From an uncultured Chthoniobacter sp. (GTDB taxonomy: Bacteria > Verrucomicrobiota > Verrucomicrobiia > Chthoniobacterales > JACTMZ01): 64,000 bases of DNA. Under the pieces are notes generated by a model. It searched no databases. It had not been told where the DNA came from and worked only from the letters and a program-made list of their open reading frames with translations. Both the position numbers and the translations under genes were made by a program. Location: assembly GCA_964609925.1 (NCBI GenBank), contig CAZSUJ010000003.1:21043-85042 (forward strand). Reading direction: 5' to 3'. Positions 24,872 to 32,932 of this stretch are shown one piece after another; within the stretch, counting starts at the first letter, position 1; each line of letters begins with the position of its first letter.

Positions 24872-26782
24872 ATGAGCAAAACCGAATCACCCGCCGCCCG
24901 ACACGCCCACTTCCACCTGCCGCCGGAGGTCGAAGCCATCTTCGAGGCGGCGCCGTCGGTGACCATCGCCTCCAGCGCGGAGCAGCTCGCGGAGTTGGCT
25001 GTGCGGGATGCGGTGCAGGGCTGGCATGAAGTGGCCTACGAGGTTCCCGGTCGCGGGCGGGTTGTCGAGGCGGTGGTCTGTCGCGCCCGGAACGGCATCT
25101 GCGCCAATTACAACGAACCCTACATGCGCCGCCGCGATCCGGATTGCATGGTCATCGGCGACACCCGGCCGACCGACAAGCCGACCTACGAGCAGCGGTT
25201 CGGCAGTTCCTTCGATCCGATGCGGGAGCGGACGTTCGCGTGGCTGAAGACGCAGCCGCTGGCGGCGTTCCCGTTCTACGCCGGGATGCCGGGCAAGGGC
25301 GTTCATGCCATGGTCGTGGCCCCCGACAACGCCGGTTTCTTCGCGCTCGGGCTGGCGTTGCTGCAGGGCATCCTGCCGCCGGAGGCGTTGCCGGACGACT
25401 TCCATCCACGGGCGGTGATCTATGTGGCTCCTCCCTTCCGTCACACCGACTTCGACGGCCGGCAGGTCGTGGTGCACAACCGCCTGCCGGGGCGGCACGA
25501 GCTCTTCAGCTACAACCTCTATCCCGGTCCGAGCGCGAAGAAGGGCATCTATGGCGTGCTGCTCAATCTGGGGGAGGACGAGCACTGGCTGACGATGCAC
25601 TGCTCGACCGTGCGTGTGGTCACACCTTACGACAACCGCATCGTCATCTCGCACGAGGGAGCGAGCGGCGGCGGCAAGAGTGAGATGCTCGAGGAGCCGC
25701 ACCGCGGCCCCGGCGGATCGCTTCTTCTCGGCCGGAATCTCCAGACTGGCGAGACCCGCACCTTGACCCTGCCGCAGACCTGCCGGCTGCAGCCCGTCAC
25801 GGACGACATGGCGCTATGCCATCCCTCGCTCGAGAAGGGGCGGGGCCGGCTGACCTTGATGGATGCGGAGGACGCGTGGTTCGTGCGGTGCAACCACCTC
25901 ACGACCTACGGGGTCGACCCGCACCTCGAGAAGTTGTGCATCCATCCGCCCGAGCCGTTGCTTTTCCTCAACCTCGAGGCGCACCCCGGGGCGACCTGCC
26001 TGATCTGGGAGCACACGATGGATGCACCCGGGCGGCCGTGCCCCAACCCGCGGGTGATCATCCCGCGGCGCATCATCCCCGGGGTGGTCGACGGCGCGGT
26101 GGACGTGGACGTGCGGAGCTTCGGCGTGCGCACACCGCCCTGCACTGCGGACCATCCCACCTACGGCATCCTGGGCCTCTTCCACCTGCTGCCGCCGGCG
26201 CTGGCCTGGTTGTGGCGCTTGGTGGCCCCGCGCGGCCACGCCAACCCGAGTATCGTTGACAGCGAGGGGATGTCGTCCGAGGGCGTGGGATCCTACTGGC
26301 CTTTCGCCACGGGACGGCGTGTGGATCAGGCGAACTTGCAGTTGACGCAGATCCTCGAGACGCCCGAGGTCCGCTACATCCTCGTCCCGAACCAGCACAT
26401 CGGGGTGTGGGAGGTCGGCTTCATGCCGCAGTGGATCACCCGCGAATACATCGCCCGCCGCGGCGGGGCACGTTTCAGCGCCTCCGCCCTGCGGGCGGCA
26501 CGCTGCCCGCTGCTCGGCTACACGCCGAGCTCGATCGTCGTCGAGGGTCGCACCATCGGCCGGTGGTTCTTCGAGGTCGAACAGCAGCCGGAGGTCGGCG
26601 AGGCGGCCTATGATCAGGGGGCGGAAGTCCTGCAGAAGTTCTTTGACCGGGAGCTCTCCCAATTCCTCGTCCCTGACCTGCTGCCGGTCGGCCGCCGCAT
26701 CATCGAGTGCTGTCTCGAGGGCGGGACGCTGGCCGACTACCTTGCGCTCGTCGATCTTCCTGTCCTTGCCGACGACGACTGA
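24872..26782 (+). CDS. DUF4914-type protein, PEP carboxykinase-like
   Basis: EPYMRRRDPDCM, YPGPSAKKG, MHCS, HEGASGGGKSE P-loop, VTDDMA, CPNPR, EGVGSYWPF. Confidence 0.85.
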   Translation: MSKTESPAARHAHFHLPPEVEAIFEAAPSVTIASSAEQLAELAVRDAVQGWHEVAYEVPGRGRVVEAVVCRARNGICANYNEPYMRRRDPDCMVIGDTRPTDKPTYEQRFGSSFDPMRERTFAWLKTQPLAAFPFYAGMPGKGVHAMVVAPDNAGFFALGLALLQGILPPEALPDDFHPRAVIYVAPPFRHTDFDGRQVVVHNRLPGRHELFSYNLYPGPSAKKGIYGVLLNLGEDEHWLTMHCSTVRVVTPYDNRIVISHEGASGGGKSEMLEEPHRGPGGSLLLGRNLQTGETRTLTLPQTCRLQPVTDDMALCHPSLEKGRGRLTLMDAEDAWFVRCNHLTTYGVDPHLEKLCIHPPEPLLFLNLEAHPGATCLIWEHTMDAPGRPCPNPRVIIPRRIIPGVVDGAVDVDVRSFGVRTPPCTADHPTYGILGLFHLLPPALAWLWRLVAPRGHANPSIVDSEGMSSEGVGSYWPFATGRRVDQANLQLTQILETPEVRYILVPNQHIGVWEVGFMPQWITREYIARRGGARFSASALRAARCPLLGYTPSSIVVEGRTIGRWFFEVEQQPEVGEAAYDQGAEVLQKFFDRELSQFLVPDLLPVGRRIIECCLEGGTLADYLALVDLPVLADDD

Positions 26783-26808
26783 AGCCCCCGGTCCGGGCCA
26801 GTGGGCGG

Positions 26809-27177
26809 TCAGCTCTGAGGCTTGTTCTGGTTGAGTTCGCGGGCGGCGATCTCGTCCGCGTGCAGGCCCGGAGTGTTGAACCGGCTGATGATCCGCTGGT
26901 CAACGCTCCAAGGCGTGTCGGGATAGTCGGTGTTGGGGATGTGGCCGCCGTTGCCCCAGGTTCCGAGAATCATCCGACGCTGGTCGGGCCCATACCACAC
27001 GGTCGTTTCGCGGGGTGAGCGGAACGTCGGCTCGCCGGCGACGGGCGCGGTGTAAGGGATGGGCTTGTAGGAATAAAACGGCCCGTATTGTTCGCGGCGG
27101 TTTTCCGGGGTGGCACAAGCCGTGAGCCCGGCACAGGCGAGGAGGGCAATGGGGGCGAAACGCATCTTGCTCTTCAT
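26809..27177 (-). CDS. Small hypothetical lipoprotein
   Basis: MKSKMRFAPIALLACAGLTAC with LTAC lipobox. Confidence 0.7.
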   Translation of the reverse strand: MKSKMRFAPIALLACAGLTACATPENRREQYGPFYSYKPIPYTAPVAGEPTFRSPRETTVWYGPDQRRMILGTWGNGGHIPNTDYPDTPWSVDQRIISRFNTPGLHADEIAARELNQNKPQS

Positions 27178-27217
27178 AGCGGGGAAGAGTCCGCTTGGCA
27201 GCAAAAATGATGGCCCC

Positions 27218-27937
27218 TCAGTGGCGCTTCGAATAGCCGACGGAAAGCAGGGCCATCAGGCGCGTGGAGGCCGCCTCCAACTCCGCGATGAGCGATTGCA
27301 CGCGTCCGCGGAAGAACGCGTAGGCGGCCATTGCGGGGATGCCGATGACCAGGCCGGCCGCCGTCGTGACAAGGGCCTCGGAAACGCCCTCGGCCAGCAT
27401 GATGGGGCGGGAGGCGACGATGTCGCTGGCCACGACGCTGAACGACTTGATCATCCCGAGCACGGTGCCGAAAAGTCCGAGCATGGGGGCAATGGCGCCG
27501 ATGTCGGCGAGGTAGGTGATGCGCTGGTTGAGGGCGGCGGCCTGCCTCGTGCCCTCGGTTTCCGCGATCTCGCGCGCCTCGGCCAGCGTGGCCTCCGGGT
27601 GCTGGGTGATGAAGTCCAGGGTGCGCTGCATGATCTGGGCGACGGCTTCACGGTGGCGGTTGGAAATCGCGAGCAGGCCCAGATAGTCGCGCTTGCGCAG
27701 CAAGGCGTCGGCCGCGGTCATGTAGCGCTTGGTCACGATGGCCCCGCGGCGGAGTGTGAAGAGATAGATCACGATGAGCGCAACCGCCGCCACCGAGAGG
27801 ACTCCCAGCGGGATCATGACGGGGCCTCCGGAGACGAGGACCTGCCACAGGCTGGTGTCGGCCTGCACCGGTGCCGCGGCGCCTTGGGCCGAGGCGGCGA
27901 CGGGTGTCATGACGGCCGTGACGGTGAGGAGTCGCAT
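27218..27937 (-). CDS. MotA/TolQ/ExbB proton channel family protein
   Basis: GGPVMIPL, IAPMLGLFGTVLGMI, GVSEALVTTAAGLVIGIPA. Confidence 0.92.
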   Translation of the reverse strand: MRLLTVTAVMTPVAASAQGAAAPVQADTSLWQVLVSGGPVMIPLGVLSVAAVALIVIYLFTLRRGAIVTKRYMTAADALLRKRDYLGLLAISNRHREAVAQIMQRTLDFITQHPEATLAEAREIAETEGTRQAAALNQRITYLADIGAIAPMLGLFGTVLGMIKSFSVVASDIVASRPIMLAEGVSEALVTTAAGLVIGIPAMAAYAFFRGRVQSLIAELEAASTRLMALLSVGYSKRH

Positions 27938-28015
27938 CAGAAGCGGAAGGTTAACGCTTCCCTCTTCCGATGCAAGGATGGCGGGCGGCCCTGCGATGGC
28001 TATATTCGCGCCACC

Positions 28016-29569
28016 ATGGCCGCCCCGCCCCGCCCCGACCTGCGAGCCCGCCTGCACGATGTGCCCCACAAGCCCGGGGTTTATCTCATGCGAGACCGGC
28101 TCAACCGCGTCATCTACGTGGGCAAGGCGCGGGACCTGCGCAAGCGCCTCTCGCAATACTTCACGCCGGCTCGCTCGCGCATGGCGGACCTCAAGACGCG
28201 TGCGCTCCTCGACAGCGTCTGGGACTTCACCATGCATGTGGTGCGCTCCGAGGCCGAGGCCGTGCTGCTGGAGGGGCGCCTCATCAAGGAATACCGGCCG
28301 AAATACAACATCTCGTTCCGCGACGACAAAAACTTCCTCCAGCTCAAGGTCAACCTGGACGACCCGTTCCCGCGTTTCAGCCTCGTGAGGATGAAGAAGA
28401 ACGACGGCGCCCGCTATTACGGCCCCTATGCCCACTCCGGCGCGCTCCGCGCCACGATCGAGATCCTCAAGCGGCGCTTCGGCCTGCGTTCCTGCCGTCC
28501 GCGCGTGCCGGGCGAGCGCGACTACCGCCACTGCCACGACGACATCATCAAGAAGTGCTCGGCACCCTGCATCGCGCGCATCAGCGAGGCCGAATACCGC
28601 GAGCGCGTCCTCGCGGCGTGCGCCTTCCTCGAGGGACGGAGCAGCGAGATTCCGGAGGAACTCGAGGCCGAGATGCGGGCCGCAGCGGAGAAGCACGACT
28701 TCGAGAAGGCGGCGGCCTTGCGCGACCTCATCGCGGCCCTCAAACGCACGTCGGTCCGCTCACGGCGTTTCCTGCGCGGAGACGCGCTCCCCTCGGCCCG
28801 CGACCCCGCGGGCGACCTGGCCGCATTGGGCGAGGAGCTCGGGCTGCCACGTCCGCCGGCGCTCATGGAATGCTTCGACATCTCGAACATCACTACGACC
28901 CACGTGGTGGCCTCGATGGTGCGCTTCCGCGACGGAGTGCCGGACCGCGCCAGCTACCGCCGTTACCGCATCCGTTCGGTGCGCGGGCAGGACGACTTCG
29001 CGAGCATGGCCGAGGTTGTGCGCCGCCGGTATGCGCGGTTGCTCTCGTCGGCCGGACGCGGGCACGCCGATGTCGCCGAGTTCTCGCAGGAGGAGCCTGC
29101 CGAGGCCATGGCGCGGCTGGATCTTCCGGCCGCCGGGCGCCTGCCCGACCTGATCATCGTGGACGGCGGTCGCGGCCAGCTCTCCAGCGCTTGCGGCGAG
29201 TTGGCGCGGCTCGGGTTGCACGATCATCCGATCATCGGGCTGGCCAAGGAGCGGGAGGAGATCTTCTTCCCGGGCGACCCTGTGCCCCTGCGCCTGCCGC
29301 ACGAGAGCGGCGCGCTCCAGTTGCTCCAGCGCATCCGCGACGAGGCGCACCGCGTGGCCAACGGCTACCACCAGCTTCTGATGAAGCGCCGCGTTTCCGA
29401 AAGCCTGCTCGACGACATCGACGGCGTGAATCGCTCCCGCAAGCAGGCGCTTTTGCGCGTCTTCGGATCGGTGGAGCGGCTTCGACGGGCCGACGAGGAG
29501 GCGATCGCGGCGGTGCCCGGCATCGGCGGACGCCTCGCGGCGCGGATCAAGGAGGGACTGGCGCGGTGA
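28016..29569 (+). CDS. uvrC: Excinuclease ABC subunit C
   Basis: PGVYLM...IYVGKA GIY-YIG domain, ECFDISN, DDFASM, VDGGRGQL, RDEAHR, C-terminal HhH. Confidence 0.96.
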   Translation: MAAPPRPDLRARLHDVPHKPGVYLMRDRLNRVIYVGKARDLRKRLSQYFTPARSRMADLKTRALLDSVWDFTMHVVRSEAEAVLLEGRLIKEYRPKYNISFRDDKNFLQLKVNLDDPFPRFSLVRMKKNDGARYYGPYAHSGALRATIEILKRRFGLRSCRPRVPGERDYRHCHDDIIKKCSAPCIARISEAEYRERVLAACAFLEGRSSEIPEELEAEMRAAAEKHDFEKAAALRDLIAALKRTSVRSRRFLRGDALPSARDPAGDLAALGEELGLPRPPALMECFDISNITTTHVVASMVRFRDGVPDRASYRRYRIRSVRGQDDFASMAEVVRRRYARLLSSAGRGHADVAEFSQEEPAEAMARLDLPAAGRLPDLIIVDGGRGQLSSACGELARLGLHDHPIIGLAKEREEIFFPGDPVPLRLPHESGALQLLQRIRDEAHRVANGYHQLLMKRRVSESLLDDIDGVNRSRKQALLRVFGSVERLRRADEEAIAAVPGIGGRLAARIKEGLAR

Positions 29570-29616
29570 AGGCGAAACATTTGCACCAAGGGCCGGTTTG
29601 CCCTTAGGTAACCGCC

Positions 29617-30081
29617 GTGCTCCAGCACTACCTCAACGCCGCCCAAGGATACCTCGAACTCGGAATGACCGACGAGGCGCTGGCGGAGCTCGGCCGCGTG
29701 CCGGAGGACGAGCGGGACCACGCGGACGTCGAGCAGTTGCGCGTCTATATCCTCATGCGCGCCCGCCGTTGGAGCGAGGCGCTGGCCGCGTGCGACGCCC
29801 TGCGCGAGGGGCATCCCGAGTTGAACCTCGGCTTCATCCACGGCGCCTTCTGCCTGCACGAACTCGGTCGCACGGCCGAGGCCATGCAGTTGCTGATGGA
29901 GGGCCCCGCCTCTCTGCTGCGCGAGCCGGTGTATTTCTACAACCTCGGGTGCTATCACGCGGTGCTCGGCAACCCGGAGGAGGCGCGGAACTACCTGCAG
30001 ATGAGCTTCAACATGGACGGCAAGTTCCGCGAGATCGCGCGCTACGACCCCGACCTCGCCAACGTGATCAGCACGCTCTGA
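29617..30081 (+). CDS. TPR-repeat protein
   Basis: AAQGYLELGM, AFCLHELG, YNLGCYHAVLG, ARYDPDL end motif. Confidence 0.8.
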   Translation: MLQHYLNAAQGYLELGMTDEALAELGRVPEDERDHADVEQLRVYILMRARRWSEALAACDALREGHPELNLGFIHGAFCLHELGRTAEAMQLLMEGPASLLREPVYFYNLGCYHAVLGNPEEARNYLQMSFNMDGKFREIARYDPDLANVISTL

Positions 30082-31229
30082 TGCACGGGATCGACGAGGC
30101 TGCGCCAGCGAGGTTGCGCGCGGCATTCGAGGAGAACTTCGCCCTCGGCGCCGAACTCGGTGCGTCCGTTTGCCTGTGGCAGGACGGCCGGGAGATCCTC
30201 CGCCTAGACGACGGATGGCGGGACGCCGCCCGGACGGTTCCGTGGGATGACCGGACGCTGGTCCTTGTCTGGTCGGCAACGAAGGGACCCGCGGCCGCCT
30301 GCGTCCTCCACGCCCTGCAGGAGAAGGGCGTTCAACTGTCCGAGCCCGTCGCGTCGGTCTGGCCGGAGTTCGCCGCCGCGGGCAAGGCGGGTGTCACCCT
30401 CGGAGACCTGCTCTCCCATCGCGCGGGCCTCGCGGCGCTCGAGCGCGACGGCCTCGACATTTTCGACCTCGCCGGTGTGGCGGACGCGTTGGCCGTCCAG
30501 CCGTCCAACTGGCCGCCCGGCACAGCACACGGTTACGCCCCCCGCACGTCGGGGTTCTGGCTCGACGCGCTCGTGCGGCGGTTGGCCGGGATGTCCCTCG
30601 GATCCTACTGGCGGCGCGTCTTCGCGGAACCGGCCGCCCTCGATTTCTGGATCGGCGTGCCCGAGGAGGAACACCACCGCATCGCGCAGATGCAGGCCGC
30701 GCGTTTGCAGGACCTCAAGGAAACGGGGCCGTTCGAGCACGCGCTGGCCGACCCGGAGAGCCTGACCTCCCGTTCCTTCGCGCGACCGTCGGGCCTCGCC
30801 GGCGCCTCCTCGACGAACCGCCCTGCGGTGTGGCAATCCGAAAATCCCTCCTTCGGCGGAGTCGGCAACGCGAGCGCACTGGCCGCGTTCTACGGCAGAT
30901 TGGGCGCGGGGGATTGGCTGCATGGCGTCTGGCGCGAGGCTTTGACCGCGCGCCTCAGCAACGGTCCGGATCTCGTGCTGCGCAACCCCACCGCCTTCTC
31001 CGCCGGCTTCATGATGGACCCGGTCGATGCGGCTGGGGCCAAGGTGCGGAGCGGGTTCGGCCCCTCCTTGACTGCGTTCGGTCACGCCGGCGCGGGTGGC
31101 AGTCTGGCCTTCGCCGATCCGGAGAACGGCATCGGCTTCGCCTACGTCATGAACCGCATGGAGCACGGCGTGCTGCGCGAGTCGCGTCCGACCCGTCTGG
31201 TGCGCGCCCTCTACGGGCTCGATGGTTGA
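30081..31229 (+). CDS. Serine hydrolase, beta-lactamase/family VIII esterase type
   Basis: WSATK (SxxK), LLSHRAGL, PGTAHGY, FGHAGAGGS, FAYVMN. Confidence 0.9.
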   Translation: MHGIDEAAPARLRAAFEENFALGAELGASVCLWQDGREILRLDDGWRDAARTVPWDDRTLVLVWSATKGPAAACVLHALQEKGVQLSEPVASVWPEFAAAGKAGVTLGDLLSHRAGLAALERDGLDIFDLAGVADALAVQPSNWPPGTAHGYAPRTSGFWLDALVRRLAGMSLGSYWRRVFAEPAALDFWIGVPEEEHHRIAQMQAARLQDLKETGPFEHALADPESLTSRSFARPSGLAGASSTNRPAVWQSENPSFGGVGNASALAAFYGRLGAGDWLHGVWREALTARLSNGPDLVLRNPTAFSAGFMMDPVDAAGAKVRSGFGPSLTAFGHAGAGGSLAFADPENGIGFAYVMNRMEHGVLRESRPTRLVRALYGLDG

Positions 31230-31255
31230 GCGATGAGACGCGAGGATGCCGCCTG

Positions 31256-31675
31256 ATGATTGCCCGGACGGAAACCATCGTCGTGGCCACGCGCGGCCGC
31301 GGAAGTTACGAGATCACCGGGGAAGTGTCCGCAATCCTGCGGGCCTCCGGGCTGCGCGAGGGACTGGTGACGGTGTTCGTCCGCCACACCAGCGCAAGCC
31401 TCGTGATTTTCGAGAACGCCGACCCTTCGGCGCGGGCGGACCTCGATGAGTTCCTCGACCGCCTCGCGCCTGACGGCGAGGACTGGCATGTGCACACGCT
31501 CGAGGGGCCGGATGACACCGCGAGCCACCTGCGCATGGCGGTGACGCGCACGAGCGAGTCTGTGCCCGTTTCCGGCGGACGGCTGCTGCTCGGCACATGG
31601 CAGGGCGTTTTCCTCCTCGAGCACCGCCGGGCCCCGCACCGGCGCGAGATCGTCGTGTCGGTGCTCGGGGTGTGA
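31256..31675 (+). CDS. YjbQ/UPF0047 family protein
   Basis: HTSASL..ENADP, HTLEGPDD..SH, LGTWQG. Confidence 0.92.
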   Translation: MIARTETIVVATRGRGSYEITGEVSAILRASGLREGLVTVFVRHTSASLVIFENADPSARADLDEFLDRLAPDGEDWHVHTLEGPDDTASHLRMAVTRTSESVPVSGGRLLLGTWQGVFLLEHRRAPHRREIVVSVLGV

Positions 31676-31727
31676 CCGGCGGGGCGGCGTTTCTTTGATT
31701 CGCCGACGTTAGCAGCTAAGCTCCGCC

Positions 31728-32882
31728 GTGTTTTTCTGTCCGCGGTGCGCATCCCGCTTGCAGCGGGTGAGGACTCCTCGTGGCGTCTTGTGGCGCTGCG
31801 GCGGTTGCGAGGGCCGGGCGGTCACCATGAGCGGCGTCCGGCGCATGCTGTCGCGGGATTTCGTCAACGCGCTTTGGCAGTCGTCGGACGGCAAGCCGCG
31901 CCAGGACCAAATGCCCTGCCCGCTCTGCGGCAACGGTCTGTCGGGCGTGAGCGGCCTTCTCCCCGGGGCGGACGGCCACGATGTCCTCGCGCTCGATGTC
32001 TGCAGGACCTGCCCGGCGGTGTGGTTCGACACCCGCGAACTCGAGACCGCGGCGCGGTCCGTGCCGCATCCCCCGCCGCCAGCGGGCCCGCCCGAGCTTC
32101 CGGCGAAGGCGCGGGAGATCCTCGCGCTGGCCGAGATCGAGAGAATCCGCGAGCGGGCTGAGGAGGAAGACGCGCAGCACGGCCGGCCTCCGGCGGAAGG
32201 CTGGCAGGCGATCCTCACCATCTTCGGGGTGCCGGTGGAGGAGAACGCGCCGTCGCTGTCGCGCTGGCCGTGGGTCACGTGGGGCACGGTGCTCCTAATG
32301 GCACTGGTCACGCTCTGGGGCCTCTATTTCGAGCCGTCGTTGCTGCGTGACGGGGGCTTGATCCCCGCGGACCCGTGGCGCCACGGCGGATTGACCTTGG
32401 TTTCGTCGTTCTTCCTGCACGCCGGGCTCATGCATCTGTTCGTCAACGCCGCTTTCCTGCTGATCTTCGGTGACAATTCCGAGGACTATCTCGGGCATTG
32501 GTTGTTCCTTCTTCTGCTGGTGGGCTCCGCCCTCACGGGCGACCTCGTCCATGGTTTGCTCGATCCTCGCGGCGATGTTCCGCTCGTTGGCGCAAGCGGT
32601 GGGATCTCTGGAGTGCTGGCTTTCTACGCGCTCAGATTCCCGCGGGCGCGTTTGGTGACAATGATCCGTGCGTGGATGTATATCCGCTGGATCCGGTTCA
32701 GCGCGCTGACCGGGTTCCTGGTTTGGCTGGGGATGCAGGCGTTCGGCGTTTACTTGCAGACAGGCCAGTTCTCCATGGTCTCCAGCCTTGCGCACGTGGG
32801 CGGGGCGTTTTTCGGAATTCTTTTCTGGTTCGCCGGATGGCTCTGGAGTGCGGCAGATCCGCGCGAGCCGCGCGCGGTCTGA
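31728..32882 (+). CDS. Rhomboid intramembrane serine protease with two N-terminal Zn ribbons
   Basis: CPRC..CGGC and CPLC..CRTC..VWFD..E motifs; FLHAG..HL..N, GASG, AHVGG. Confidence 0.88.
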   Translation: MFFCPRCASRLQRVRTPRGVLWRCGGCEGRAVTMSGVRRMLSRDFVNALWQSSDGKPRQDQMPCPLCGNGLSGVSGLLPGADGHDVLALDVCRTCPAVWFDTRELETAARSVPHPPPPAGPPELPAKAREILALAEIERIRERAEEEDAQHGRPPAEGWQAILTIFGVPVEENAPSLSRWPWVTWGTVLLMALVTLWGLYFEPSLLRDGGLIPADPWRHGGLTLVSSFFLHAGLMHLFVNAAFLLIFGDNSEDYLGHWLFLLLLVGSALTGDLVHGLLDPRGDVPLVGASGGISGVLAFYALRFPRARLVTMIRAWMYIRWIRFSALTGFLVWLGMQAFGVYLQTGQFSMVSSLAHVGGAFFGILFWFAGWLWSAADPREPRAV

Positions 32883-32932
32883 ACGAAGGTTGCCGGTGTT
32901 GAGCCGCTGGCGCGGTCGGATACCATCGCCCC

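Noticed and set aside
27110-31675. Apparent long N-terminal extensions on UvrC (27110), the serine hydrolase (29598) and YjbQ (30830) in the ORF track
   Set aside because: These are artefacts of taking the most upstream start. The extensions overlap other real genes, and better starts exist at 28016, 30081 and 31256.
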